Shown: positions 52,238-60,161 of the stretch, piece after piece
How positions within the stretch are numbered: position 1 is the stretch's first letter
How the letters are laid out: each line of letters opens with the position of its first letter
Assembly (NCBI GenBank): GCA_964590905.1
Contig: CAZPYU010000285.1
Coordinates: forward strand, 488 to 64,487
Direction of reading: 5' to 3'
From: an uncultured Thermoanaerobaculia bacterium
GTDB taxonomy: Bacteria; Acidobacteriota; Thermoanaerobaculia; Multivoradales; JAGPDF01
DNA length: 64,000 bases
The notes under the pieces: generated by a model
Told to the model about the DNA's origin: nothing
What the model saw: the letters and a program-made list of their open reading frames with translations, nothing else
Database searches by the model: none
Made by a program: the position numbers and the translations under genes

Positions 52238-53460
52238 GTTCGGCTTCGGCACCAGCCGTCGTAGCGCGCAAGCTCTGCAAAGAGTACCGGCTCTATCCCG
52301 GGCCCGGTGCGCGCGTCCTCGAATGGATGACCGGCCATCCGCGCCACCTAGCGCATCGCGCGCTGGCGAACGTCGATTTCGAGCAGCAGAAGGGCCAAGG
52401 ATTCGCCATCATCGGCGAGAACGGTGCGGGCAAGAGCACCCTGCTCAAGCTCGTGGCCGGAGTGACGCATCCGACCTCGGGAACCATCGCGACGCACGGC
52501 AGGACCGCGGCGATCCTCGAGCTCGGCGCGAGCTTCCACCAGGAGTTTACGGGCCGCCAAAATATCCGGCTCAATGCAGCTCTGATCGGGCTCTCGGAGC
52601 TGGAGATCAGGGAGCGCGAGCCCGAGATCATCGCCTGGTGCGAGCTCGGCGACGCCATCGACCGGCCGGTCCGCGAATATTCGAGCGGCATGTCGGTCCG
52701 GCTCGGCTTCGCCATCGCCACCCAGGTCGACGCCGAGATTCTGATCGTCGACGAGGCCCTGTCGGTCGGTGACGGTTACTTCCAGAAGAAATCGATGGAC
52801 CGGATGGTCCGCTTCGTAGAACAAGGGGGCAGCCTGCTCTTCTGTTCGCACGCTCTCTACCTGGTCTCCAAGTTCTGCGAGACGGCGCTCTGGCTGCGGA
52901 GCGGCGAGGTCGCGGCCTTTGGCCCGACGTCCCAGGTCGTGCGCGATTACGAGAGCTACCTGACGGCCAAGAAAAGCGGTATCTACACGGCTCAGGTGTC
53001 CACCGGAGCTGCGCCTTCCGGCGTCGGGTCGCCTTCCGAGGAGGTCGCCTCGCCGGCCCGTTTGACCAAGGTGCGTCCCTACGGTCGCAAGGACGGGCGC
53101 GCGGTCTGGCGACGCATGGAGCCGGTCCATTTCGGGGTCTGGTTCGCCGTTGACCGGATCGATCGTCCCGTTCACGTGGGAGCACAGCTCGAAAACGACG
53201 ACGGCCTCGTCCTGGCCACATTCTCGTCCGCGGCCAGCGGCAACGGCAAGCCGTTCTCGGGCCGCCTCGAGCAGTACGTCACGCTCGAGATTCTCACCCT
53301 GCCGCTCGTCAAGGGTATCTACAGCTTCACGTTCATGCTGCTCGACGAGAACGAGATTCACGTCTACGATCGGAGGTACGTGCGCAACGCCATCGAGATC
53401 GAGAGCGACACCTACGATTCAGGCATTCTCCACGTCGACCATCAGTGGATCGAGTCGTGA
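52234..53460 (+). CDS. wzt: polysaccharide ABC exporter ATP-binding protein with C-terminal carbohydrate-binding-type domain (Wzt-like)
   Basis: GTGA overlap with the upstream gene. Walker A GENGAGKST, signature YSSGMSVRLGFA, Walker B ILIVDEALSVGD, plus an extra ~150-aa beta-rich C-terminal domain. Confidence 0.85.
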   Translation: MSSASAPAVVARKLCKEYRLYPGPGARVLEWMTGHPRHLAHRALANVDFEQQKGQGFAIIGENGAGKSTLLKLVAGVTHPTSGTIATHGRTAAILELGASFHQEFTGRQNIRLNAALIGLSELEIREREPEIIAWCELGDAIDRPVREYSSGMSVRLGFAIATQVDAEILIVDEALSVGDGYFQKKSMDRMVRFVEQGGSLLFCSHALYLVSKFCETALWLRSGEVAAFGPTSQVVRDYESYLTAKKSGIYTAQVSTGAAPSGVGSPSEEVASPARLTKVRPYGRKDGRAVWRRMEPVHFGVWFAVDRIDRPVHVGAQLENDDGLVLATFSSAASGNGKPFSGRLEQYVTLEILTLPLVKGIYSFTFMLLDENEIHVYDRRYVRNAIEIESDTYDSGILHVDHQWIES

Positions 53461-54212
53461 ACGAGCCGGCGCCGGAGCTCTCGATCGTCGTTCCGGCGTT
53501 CAACGAGGCGCTGCGAGTCGGTGCGACTCTCGAGAAGCTGGTTTCTTGGGCCGAAAGTAGCGCCCGCCGTTGCGAGATCGTGGTCGTGGACGACGGCAGC
53601 CACGACGCCACCGCCGAGGTGGTCTCGCTTTACGCCTCCCGTGGAGTTCGGCTGGTTCGACTCGCCGTCAACCGAGGCAAGGGTGCGGCGCTCACGGCCG
53701 GAGTCGCAGCGAGTCGAGGCAGGTCCGTGCTGCTCTGTGACGCCGACCTGTCGACTCCGATCGAAGAGGTCGAGCGATTGGAAAGTTGCCTCGAAGAGGC
53801 CGATCTCGTCTTCGGCAGTCGAGCGCTCCCCGACTCCGAGATCACGCGGAGGCAGCCTCCGGCGCGGGTGCTGGCGGGGCGGCTCTTCAACTGGGCGGTG
53901 CGCCTGTGTGGCGTGCGCGGCGTCCGCGACACCCAGTGCGGCTTCAAGCTCCTGCGGGCGGAGGCCGCACATGTCCTCTTTCCGAAGCTGCTCATCGAGG
54001 GTTTCGCGTTCGACGTGGAGCTGCTCTGGCTGGCGGGCCAGCACGGCTATCGCGTCCGCGAGGTCGCGGTCGAATGGCGGGACGATCGCCAGAGCCGGGT
54101 ACGCGTCGTTCGCGACGGGGTGCGCATGCTCTTCGACGTGCTGCGTATTCGCCGGCTCCACGCCCGCGCACGAGAGAACGCGGAGCGCGAAGAAGCGGCG
54201 CCGGGGCAGTGA
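53457..54212 (+). CDS. GT2 polyprenyl-phosphate glycosyltransferase (dolichyl-phosphate glucosyl/mannosyltransferase-like)
   Basis: LSIVVPAFNE...VVVDDGSHD...CDADLS...DTQCGFKL...GFAFDVELL. GTGA overlap; GTG 53445 is an alternative start. Confidence 0.8.
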   Translation: MNEPAPELSIVVPAFNEALRVGATLEKLVSWAESSARRCEIVVVDDGSHDATAEVVSLYASRGVRLVRLAVNRGKGAALTAGVAASRGRSVLLCDADLSTPIEEVERLESCLEEADLVFGSRALPDSEITRRQPPARVLAGRLFNWAVRLCGVRGVRDTQCGFKLLRAEAAHVLFPKLLIEGFAFDVELLWLAGQHGYRVREVAVEWRDDRQSRVRVVRDGVRMLFDVLRIRRLHARARENAEREEAAPGQ

Positions 54213-55468
54213 AACGCGTCGCTCTCGTGGTGAGTGAGCCGATCCGCCCGGCGATGGGCGGCATCGGCGTCCGCTATCTCGAGATGACACGCCACCTTCT
54301 CCGTCTCGGCTTCGACGCCATCATGGTCTCGCCGTCCACGATCGAGGAGGCGGCTGGCTGTGGGCTCGAGCCGCGCCATCTGGTGCGCTTCGAGACCCGA
54401 CGATTGGGCGAAATCCTTGCCGATCGAGAGGTTGTCGTGACGCAAGGTCAACTCGCCAACGACGTCCTCTCGCTGGGCACTATGGTTCCCGTCGTCGTCG
54501 ATCTCTACGACCCCTGGCTGGTGGAGAATCTTCACTATGCCGAGGAGCTCGGCTTCGAAACCTACCGCAACGATCACGCCTCCTGGGTGCTCCAGTTGGC
54601 GAGCGGAGACCTCTTCCTCACCGCCTCGGCCGAACAGCGCCTCTTCCTGCTCGGCTTTCTGGCGGCGCTTGGTCGCGTCAACCCCGAGCGGATGCGGATC
54701 GATCCCGATCTGTCGCGGCTGATAGCCATCGTGCCGTTCGGTTGCGCCGGCGAGCTGCCGCCCCGACGCCCGCTGCTTCCACCTCGGGGCGCGGGGGAGC
54801 GGAGGATTCTGTTCGGTGGGGTCTACGATTGGTACGACACCAGCACGATGCTCCTGGCGCTGGACCGGCTGTCGGTCGAGTGCTGGACGCTCCTCGTGGT
54901 GCGCCATCCGAATCCGGAGTCGACGCCGCAGCGCGCCTTCGCCGAGTTGGAGCGCGAGTCGCGCCGCCGGGGGTGGTGGGGGACGCGCGTCGCGGCGATC
55001 GAGTGGGTGCCGGCCGATCGACGGTACGATCTCCTGGCGGAGGTCGATCTGCTTGCCGCGCCACATCGACCCTCCTTCGAGAGCGAGCTCGCGTTCCGGA
55101 CGCGCTTTCTCGACGCGCTGGCGGTCGGCTGTCCCGCGGTGGCTACGCAGGGCGGGACGCTGGCAAGGCTCCTCCACGAGCGCGGGGCGGGCTGGACGGT
55201 CCCGCCCGCGAACCCGGAGGCACTCGCCTCCACCTTGGCCGAAGTGCTGCGGGGAGGTCCCGGCGTCGCGGCGCGGATCGAGGCCGGACGGCGATTGGCG
55301 GCGGAGCACTCCTGGGAGCGAGTCTTGACGCCGCTGGTCGACTTTCTCGAGCGACCCGCCATCGACTCGACCAAGCAAGCCTTCGCCTTTCGGCCCCCGT
55401 CGCGCTCACCGGCAGAGCCTCGACGGCTGCGCCTTCGACGCTTTCTCCGCCGGCGAGTCGGCATCTAG
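54209..55468 (+). CDS. GT-B fold glycosyltransferase (GT4/GT1-like)
   Basis: GTGA overlap with the upstream gene. N-terminal VALVVSEPIRPAMGGIGVRYLEM and a C-terminal FESELAFRTRFLDALAVGCPAV E-x7-E-type motif. Confidence 0.7.
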   Translation: MKRVALVVSEPIRPAMGGIGVRYLEMTRHLLRLGFDAIMVSPSTIEEAAGCGLEPRHLVRFETRRLGEILADREVVVTQGQLANDVLSLGTMVPVVVDLYDPWLVENLHYAEELGFETYRNDHASWVLQLASGDLFLTASAEQRLFLLGFLAALGRVNPERMRIDPDLSRLIAIVPFGCAGELPPRRPLLPPRGAGERRILFGGVYDWYDTSTMLLALDRLSVECWTLLVVRHPNPESTPQRAFAELERESRRRGWWGTRVAAIEWVPADRRYDLLAEVDLLAAPHRPSFESELAFRTRFLDALAVGCPAVATQGGTLARLLHERGAGWTVPPANPEALASTLAEVLRGGPGVAARIEAGRRLAAEHSWERVLTPLVDFLERPAIDSTKQAFAFRPPSRSPAEPRRLRLRRFLRRRVGI

Positions 55469-55477
55469 GGAGCGCTC

Positions 55478-56767
55478 GTGCCGCGGCTCGACCGACTCTC
55501 GATCCTCGTCGTCTCGTGGAACGGCCGGCAGCATCTGGTGGACTGCCTGCCGGCGATCGCCGCGCAGCGGCGGGCCGGCGTGGAGGTCGAGACGCTGCTG
55601 CTCGACAACGGCTCCAGCGACGGAACAGCCGAGTTCGTCCGCGCGCACTATCCAGACGTTCGCCTGGTCGAGAGCGCCTCGAATTTGGGGTTCGCAGGTG
55701 GAAATAACAGGCTGGCCGAGGTGGCTAGCGGCGACGCGCTCCTCTTGGTGAACAACGACACGCGGGCCGAGCCGGGATGGATCGAGGCGATGGTCGACGC
55801 CTATCGAACGGCGCCTGCGGACGTGGCGGCCATCTCGGGGACGATCGTTGACTGGAACGGAGAGCAGCTCGACTTCGGTCGCGGCATTCAGACCTTCGAT
55901 GGCCACGCGCTCCCGGTCGATCAGGGGCGCCCGCTCTCCGTGGCGCGGCGGCCGAGAACTGGCGAGGAGCTGCCGTTCGGCTGTGGCGGGAACCTGCTCG
56001 TCGGGCGCGACGCTTTCCTCGCCGCCGGCGGGTTCGACGAGCGCTACTTCGCCTACTTCGAGGACGTCGATCTGGGATGGCGCCTCTGGGCGGGCGGCGA
56101 GCGGATCGTCGCCTGTTCGGACGGCGTCGTGCGGCATCGGCTGAGCGCCACGAGCAGCCGTTTCGGCCACGGGCGGCGCGGCGCCCTGCTCGAGCGCAAT
56201 GCGCTCTGGACGGTGGTCAAGAACTACGAGACGGGGCTCCGCGAACGCATGCTGCCGCTGACGCTGCTCACCTACCTCGCGCGTCTCGACGCGATGATCG
56301 CGGAAGAGACGGGCAGTCCGGTAGCGGCGTCCCTTCCGCTCGGCGCGGGCAGGCCGGAGCCTCCCCGTCGCGTTCGCGAGTCGCTGGTCGCCAAGCTCCG
56401 CAGGCTGGGACTCTCCGAATTCACGCGCCGGGCGACCCGGAAGATTCTCCGCGCGGCGAGAGCTCGGCGATCAGCCTCGTCTCCCTCCAGGGAGCGGATC
56501 GAGCTCTCCGGCAATCGCGCTCTGGCGCAGCTCAGCGGACTCGCGGGGCTGCTCGCCGGGCTCGACGCAATGGAACTGGAGCACGAGAAGCTCGAACGGC
56601 GGAGGAAGCGGTCGGACCTCGAGCTCTTCGAGCGCTTTCCGCTCTGGATCGTGCCGACCTATCCCGGGGACGCGCGCCTGTTCGAGAGCGAGGCGTTCGC
56701 GCGCTGGCTCCCCGCCGACCTCCGCTTCGAGCGGGCGGCGCTCGCCGAGGTTCTCGTCCTCCGGTAG
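55478..56767 (+). CDS. GT2 family glycosyltransferase (rhamnosyltransferase-like) with C-terminal extension
   Basis: LSILVVSWNG...LLDNGSSDGT...LLVNNDT...FEDVDLGWR. Confidence 0.75.
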   Translation: MPRLDRLSILVVSWNGRQHLVDCLPAIAAQRRAGVEVETLLLDNGSSDGTAEFVRAHYPDVRLVESASNLGFAGGNNRLAEVASGDALLLVNNDTRAEPGWIEAMVDAYRTAPADVAAISGTIVDWNGEQLDFGRGIQTFDGHALPVDQGRPLSVARRPRTGEELPFGCGGNLLVGRDAFLAAGGFDERYFAYFEDVDLGWRLWAGGERIVACSDGVVRHRLSATSSRFGHGRRGALLERNALWTVVKNYETGLRERMLPLTLLTYLARLDAMIAEETGSPVAASLPLGAGRPEPPRRVRESLVAKLRRLGLSEFTRRATRKILRAARARRSASSPSRERIELSGNRALAQLSGLAGLLAGLDAMELEHEKLERRRKRSDLELFERFPLWIVPTYPGDARLFESEAFARWLPADLRFERAALAEVLVLR

Positions 56768-56795
56768 GCACGCGCCGCCGCGGAGCCCGCCAGCC

Positions 56796-57623
56796 TCAGC
56801 GGATCCGAATCGACCGCGGATCGAACTGCGGCTCGGGGGGGGTGAGCTCGAGCGCGAGCAAGGTCTCGACGAGAACGGCGGCAACGACCAGGTTTCTGAA
56901 CCACTTGCGATCGGCGGGGACGACGAACCAGGGAGCGTCGCGCGTCGAGGTCTTCGCCAGCGCCTCGGCATAGGCGCTCTGGTAGTCGTCCCAGTGCTCG
57001 CGCTCGACGAGATCACGCGGGTCGAATTTCCACTGCTTGGTCTCGTCCTCGAGGCGCTCTTCGAGCCGCTGGCGCTGCTCGTCCTTCGAGATGTGGAGAA
57101 AGAACTTGACGATCGTGGTTCCGGTTTCGGCGAGCAGCTGCTCGAACTCGCGGATCTGGCCGTAGCGCTTCCGCCAGATCGATTCTGGAACCAGGCTCTT
57201 GACCCGCACGATCAGCACGTCTTCGTAGTGGCTGCGATTGAAGATCGTAATCTCTCCCGCGGCCGGCACGTGTTGATGCGCTCTCCAGAGGAAGTCGCGG
57301 CCGAGCTCCTGGGCGGTCGGTGCCTTGAAGCTCGCGACTTTGACGCCGAGCGGGTTGACGCCGTCGAAGACCTGGCGGATGACGCCGTCCTTGCCACTCG
57401 TGTCCATGCCCTGGAGGACGACTAGCAGGCGCTCCTTCTGGCGCGCCCAGAGGAGCTCCTGCAAGCCCTCGAGCTCGCGGTTGAAGGCGGCGGTGCGCTC
57501 GGCCGCGACCTCCTTGTCGCCAGCGAAAGCCGACGTGTCGGCGGCATCGCGCTGGGCGAGATCGATCTCCGATCCGACGCCTACGCGGCACTGTTCCAAG
57601 AGAGTTGACCTGAACGTCGACAT
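56796..57623 (-). CDS. polyphosphate kinase 2 family protein (PA0141-type polyphosphate:nucleotide phosphotransferase)
   Basis: LLVVLQGMDTSGKDGVIRQVF...FKAPT..E..RDFLWR...IFNRSHYEDVLIVRV. Confidence 0.85.
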   Translation of the reverse strand: MSTFRSTLLEQCRVGVGSEIDLAQRDAADTSAFAGDKEVAAERTAAFNRELEGLQELLWARQKERLLVVLQGMDTSGKDGVIRQVFDGVNPLGVKVASFKAPTAQELGRDFLWRAHQHVPAAGEITIFNRSHYEDVLIVRVKSLVPESIWRKRYGQIREFEQLLAETGTTIVKFFLHISKDEQRQRLEERLEDETKQWKFDPRDLVEREHWDDYQSAYAEALAKTSTRDAPWFVVPADRKWFRNLVVAAVLVETLLALELTPPEPQFDPRSIRIR

Positions 57624-57665
57624 GGGGTCGCTCGGCGAGCCCGCAGACTATACGATCCCGCTTGC

Positions 57666-58598
57666 GTGGCCCCTACCTACACGATCGTCGTTCCGACGCG
57701 CAACGGCGGTGGGCGTCTGATTGACGTCATGACCGGACTCGACGGCCAAGTGAACGCTCCCGAGTTCGAGATCGTCGTCGTGGACGACGGCTCGACCGAC
57801 GACACGGTCGCGCGTCTGGCGGAGCGCAGCGGGCGGCGACCGATTCGGACCCTCAGCCTGCCGCCACGAGGGCCGGCGACGGCGCGCAACTGCGGTGTCG
57901 CGGCGGCGCGAGGAGAGCGAATCGCCTTCTTGGGAGACGACACCATCCCGGCGCCAGACTGGCTCGCGGAGCATCAGCTGGCCTGGTCTCGGCGTGGCAG
58001 CGAGGCCAAGGTCGCGGTCATCGGGTATACCGATTGGCACCCACGCCTGGGCTCCACGCCCTTCCTTCGTTTTCTCAACCAAGAGGGACTGCAGTTCGGT
58101 TTCGGGCTGATCCGCGACGTGGAGGACGTCGCATTCAACTTCTTTTACACCTCCAACCTCTCGCTGGACCGGAAGCTGCTGCTCGCCGAACCGTTCGACG
58201 AGAGCTTTCCGTACCCGGCCTGGGAGGACATCGAGGCTGCCTACCGATTGAAGCGGCGCGGCCTGCGCCTCGTGTACGAACCGAAGGCGCGCGTTGCGCA
58301 CGATCACCCGACCGATCTCGCCCGGTTCGCGCTCCGCCAGGAGAGGGCGGGCTACTGCGCGGTGGTTTTCTGGCAGCTTCATCCCGAGCTAGGTCCTTTT
58401 CTCGGCGTCTCGGCGGCGGGTCCCCCACCGCTCCCCTCGCGGTGGTTTCAGGCGGCACGAGAGGGCCTGGTCCGGGCCTTGCAGCCGCTCCCCATGTCGC
58501 CGCGGCGGCTCTGGACCGAGACTCTGCGTTATCACTACATTCGGGGGCTGAGACGGGGCTGGAGCGAGCGAGTCGGGGAACAAGGAGGCGCATCGTGA
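57666..58598 (+). CDS. GT2 family glycosyltransferase
   Basis: YTIVVPTRNGG...IVVVDDGSTDDT...FLGDDT...WEDIE. GTG start. Confidence 0.75.
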   Translation: MAPTYTIVVPTRNGGGRLIDVMTGLDGQVNAPEFEIVVVDDGSTDDTVARLAERSGRRPIRTLSLPPRGPATARNCGVAAARGERIAFLGDDTIPAPDWLAEHQLAWSRRGSEAKVAVIGYTDWHPRLGSTPFLRFLNQEGLQFGFGLIRDVEDVAFNFFYTSNLSLDRKLLLAEPFDESFPYPAWEDIEAAYRLKRRGLRLVYEPKARVAHDHPTDLARFALRQERAGYCAVVFWQLHPELGPFLGVSAAGPPPLPSRWFQAAREGLVRALQPLPMSPRRLWTETLRYHYIRGLRRGWSERVGEQGGAS

Positions 58599-59524
58599 AG
58601 CGGATCAGAACAGCGTTGGCTGGTCTCTTGGTCGGGTTCTCTGTCGAAGCTGTCGCGTCAGATCGCGACGCAGCATCAGCCGAGCGGCGGGCAGCGCCGC
58701 GGCAGCCGACGGAGGAGAGGAACGAAGAGTCCACCTCTTCCAACCGCTCGCGGACGGTAAGGGTAGACACGCATCGGGGACATCACGGCCACTCGCTGCA
58801 CTTCCGGGGACAGCTCGGCGGCGGGTGGTGGTGGAATCCGTGGTGGTTCGGTCCGACTTGGGGGTACACGACAGCTTACTCGGGCTACGGCCAGCGTTAC
58901 GGTGCGCTCGATCTCGACCTCGCTCCCGAGCGGGCGGAGGTCTGGGTCGATGGACGGCGGATCGGAGTGGCCGACGACTTCGACGGTTTTCCGACCCACC
59001 TCTGGCTCGAGAGGGGGACCTACGACGTCGTGTTCTATCTCCCGGGCTTTCGGACCTTGGCGCGCCAGTACTCGATCTATCCCGGCCTGGTCATCGATGT
59101 CGAGGATCAGCTCGAACCCGGCGAGGCGACCCACCCGGACGATCTCGTGGCCACGAGTCACGAGCGGCGGGACGAGCGTTTGCGCCGCGATCACGAGATC
59201 GAAGAAGAGCTGAGTCGGGACGACAGGCGAGAGCGGCGACCGCTCGACCGCGACTCGGACGACGCTTACGATGCGCGGCGCGAGCCGGGGCAGCTGCGCT
59301 TGGAGGTCGTGCCGGACGATGCTTCGGTCTACCTTGACGGTCGCTTCGTCGCCACCGGCCGAGAGCTCGAGCGATTGCGCTCGGGCCTGATCGTCGAGGC
59401 CGGTCCCCACGTCGTCGACGTCGTGCGGCCGGGATATCTGCCGGCGCGCCGGCAGGTCGAGATCGCCGTCGGCGAAGAGACCGAGGCCGAGATCGAGCTC
59501 GAGCGAGCTGCCGCTTCCGAGTAG
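58595..59524 (+). CDS. secreted protein with His-rich and Trp-rich segments and two PEGA domains
   Basis: GTGA overlap with the upstream gene. Signal peptide VKRIRTALAGLLVGFSVEAVA, HRGHHGHSLH, GGGWWWNPWWFGPTWGY, and two PEGA-like units (AEVWVDGRRIG...GTYDVVFYLPGF and ASVYLDGRFV...GPHVVDVVRPGY). Confidence 0.65.
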   Translation: MKRIRTALAGLLVGFSVEAVASDRDAASAERRAAPRQPTEERNEESTSSNRSRTVRVDTHRGHHGHSLHFRGQLGGGWWWNPWWFGPTWGYTTAYSGYGQRYGALDLDLAPERAEVWVDGRRIGVADDFDGFPTHLWLERGTYDVVFYLPGFRTLARQYSIYPGLVIDVEDQLEPGEATHPDDLVATSHERRDERLRRDHEIEEELSRDDRRERRPLDRDSDDAYDARREPGQLRLEVVPDDASVYLDGRFVATGRELERLRSGLIVEAGPHVVDVVRPGYLPARRQVEIAVGEETEAEIELERAAASE

Positions 59525-59561
59525 CGGTTCGCAACCGAGCCTCCCGCCAGCTCAGGACTGT

Positions 59562-60116
59562 TTAGGGGGAGGGAGTGCTGCTCGCCTGTTCGAGTCGGAG
59601 GAGCCACCGCTTGCGGACAGCGCCTCCGACCCAGCCGCCGATCCCCTGCCGCGACGGAACGATCCGATGGCAGGGGACCAAGAGCGGCACCGGATTCTTC
59701 TCGAGAATCGCCACGACCAGCCGGTAGGCGTCCGGCCTTCCCGACGCGTCGGCGACCTCCTTGTAGGTTCGCGTCTTTCCGTACGGGGTCTTCGATGTCT
59801 CTTTGAGAACCCGCCGTGCGAAGCCGTCGAGCTCGGGCGAGTCCGGCTCGAAGAGCAGATCGGGTGTACGACGCGCTCCCGCTAGGAACTCGGAGAGACG
59901 TCCGAAGACCTCGTCGAGAAACTCAGACTCCTCGAACTCCGAGAACGGAAAGAAGAGCTTCCTCAGCTTGCCGGTCGGCGCGACGACAATCCTCGAGATC
60001 ACTGTCTTCCGAAATTCGACCCCCAAGGGGCCGAGCCGGGAGGGGACGAGGACGCGGACAGGGTCGACGGCCGGCGCAACGACCTCCGAGGTCGCCTCAC
60101 CGCTTTCTGCGGGCAT
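59562..60116 (-). CDS. ogt: methylated-DNA--protein-cysteine methyltransferase
   Basis: Active-site LLVPCHRIV and YGKTRTYKEVA. Confidence 0.8.
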   Translation of the reverse strand: MPAESGEATSEVVAPAVDPVRVLVPSRLGPLGVEFRKTVISRIVVAPTGKLRKLFFPFSEFEESEFLDEVFGRLSEFLAGARRTPDLLFEPDSPELDGFARRVLKETSKTPYGKTRTYKEVADASGRPDAYRLVVAILEKNPVPLLVPCHRIVPSRQGIGGWVGGAVRKRWLLRLEQASSTPSP

Positions 60117-60161
60117 CGGCCGCGAGGCTACCGTACGGATGGGCCAGGGGCAAGGGTCAAC

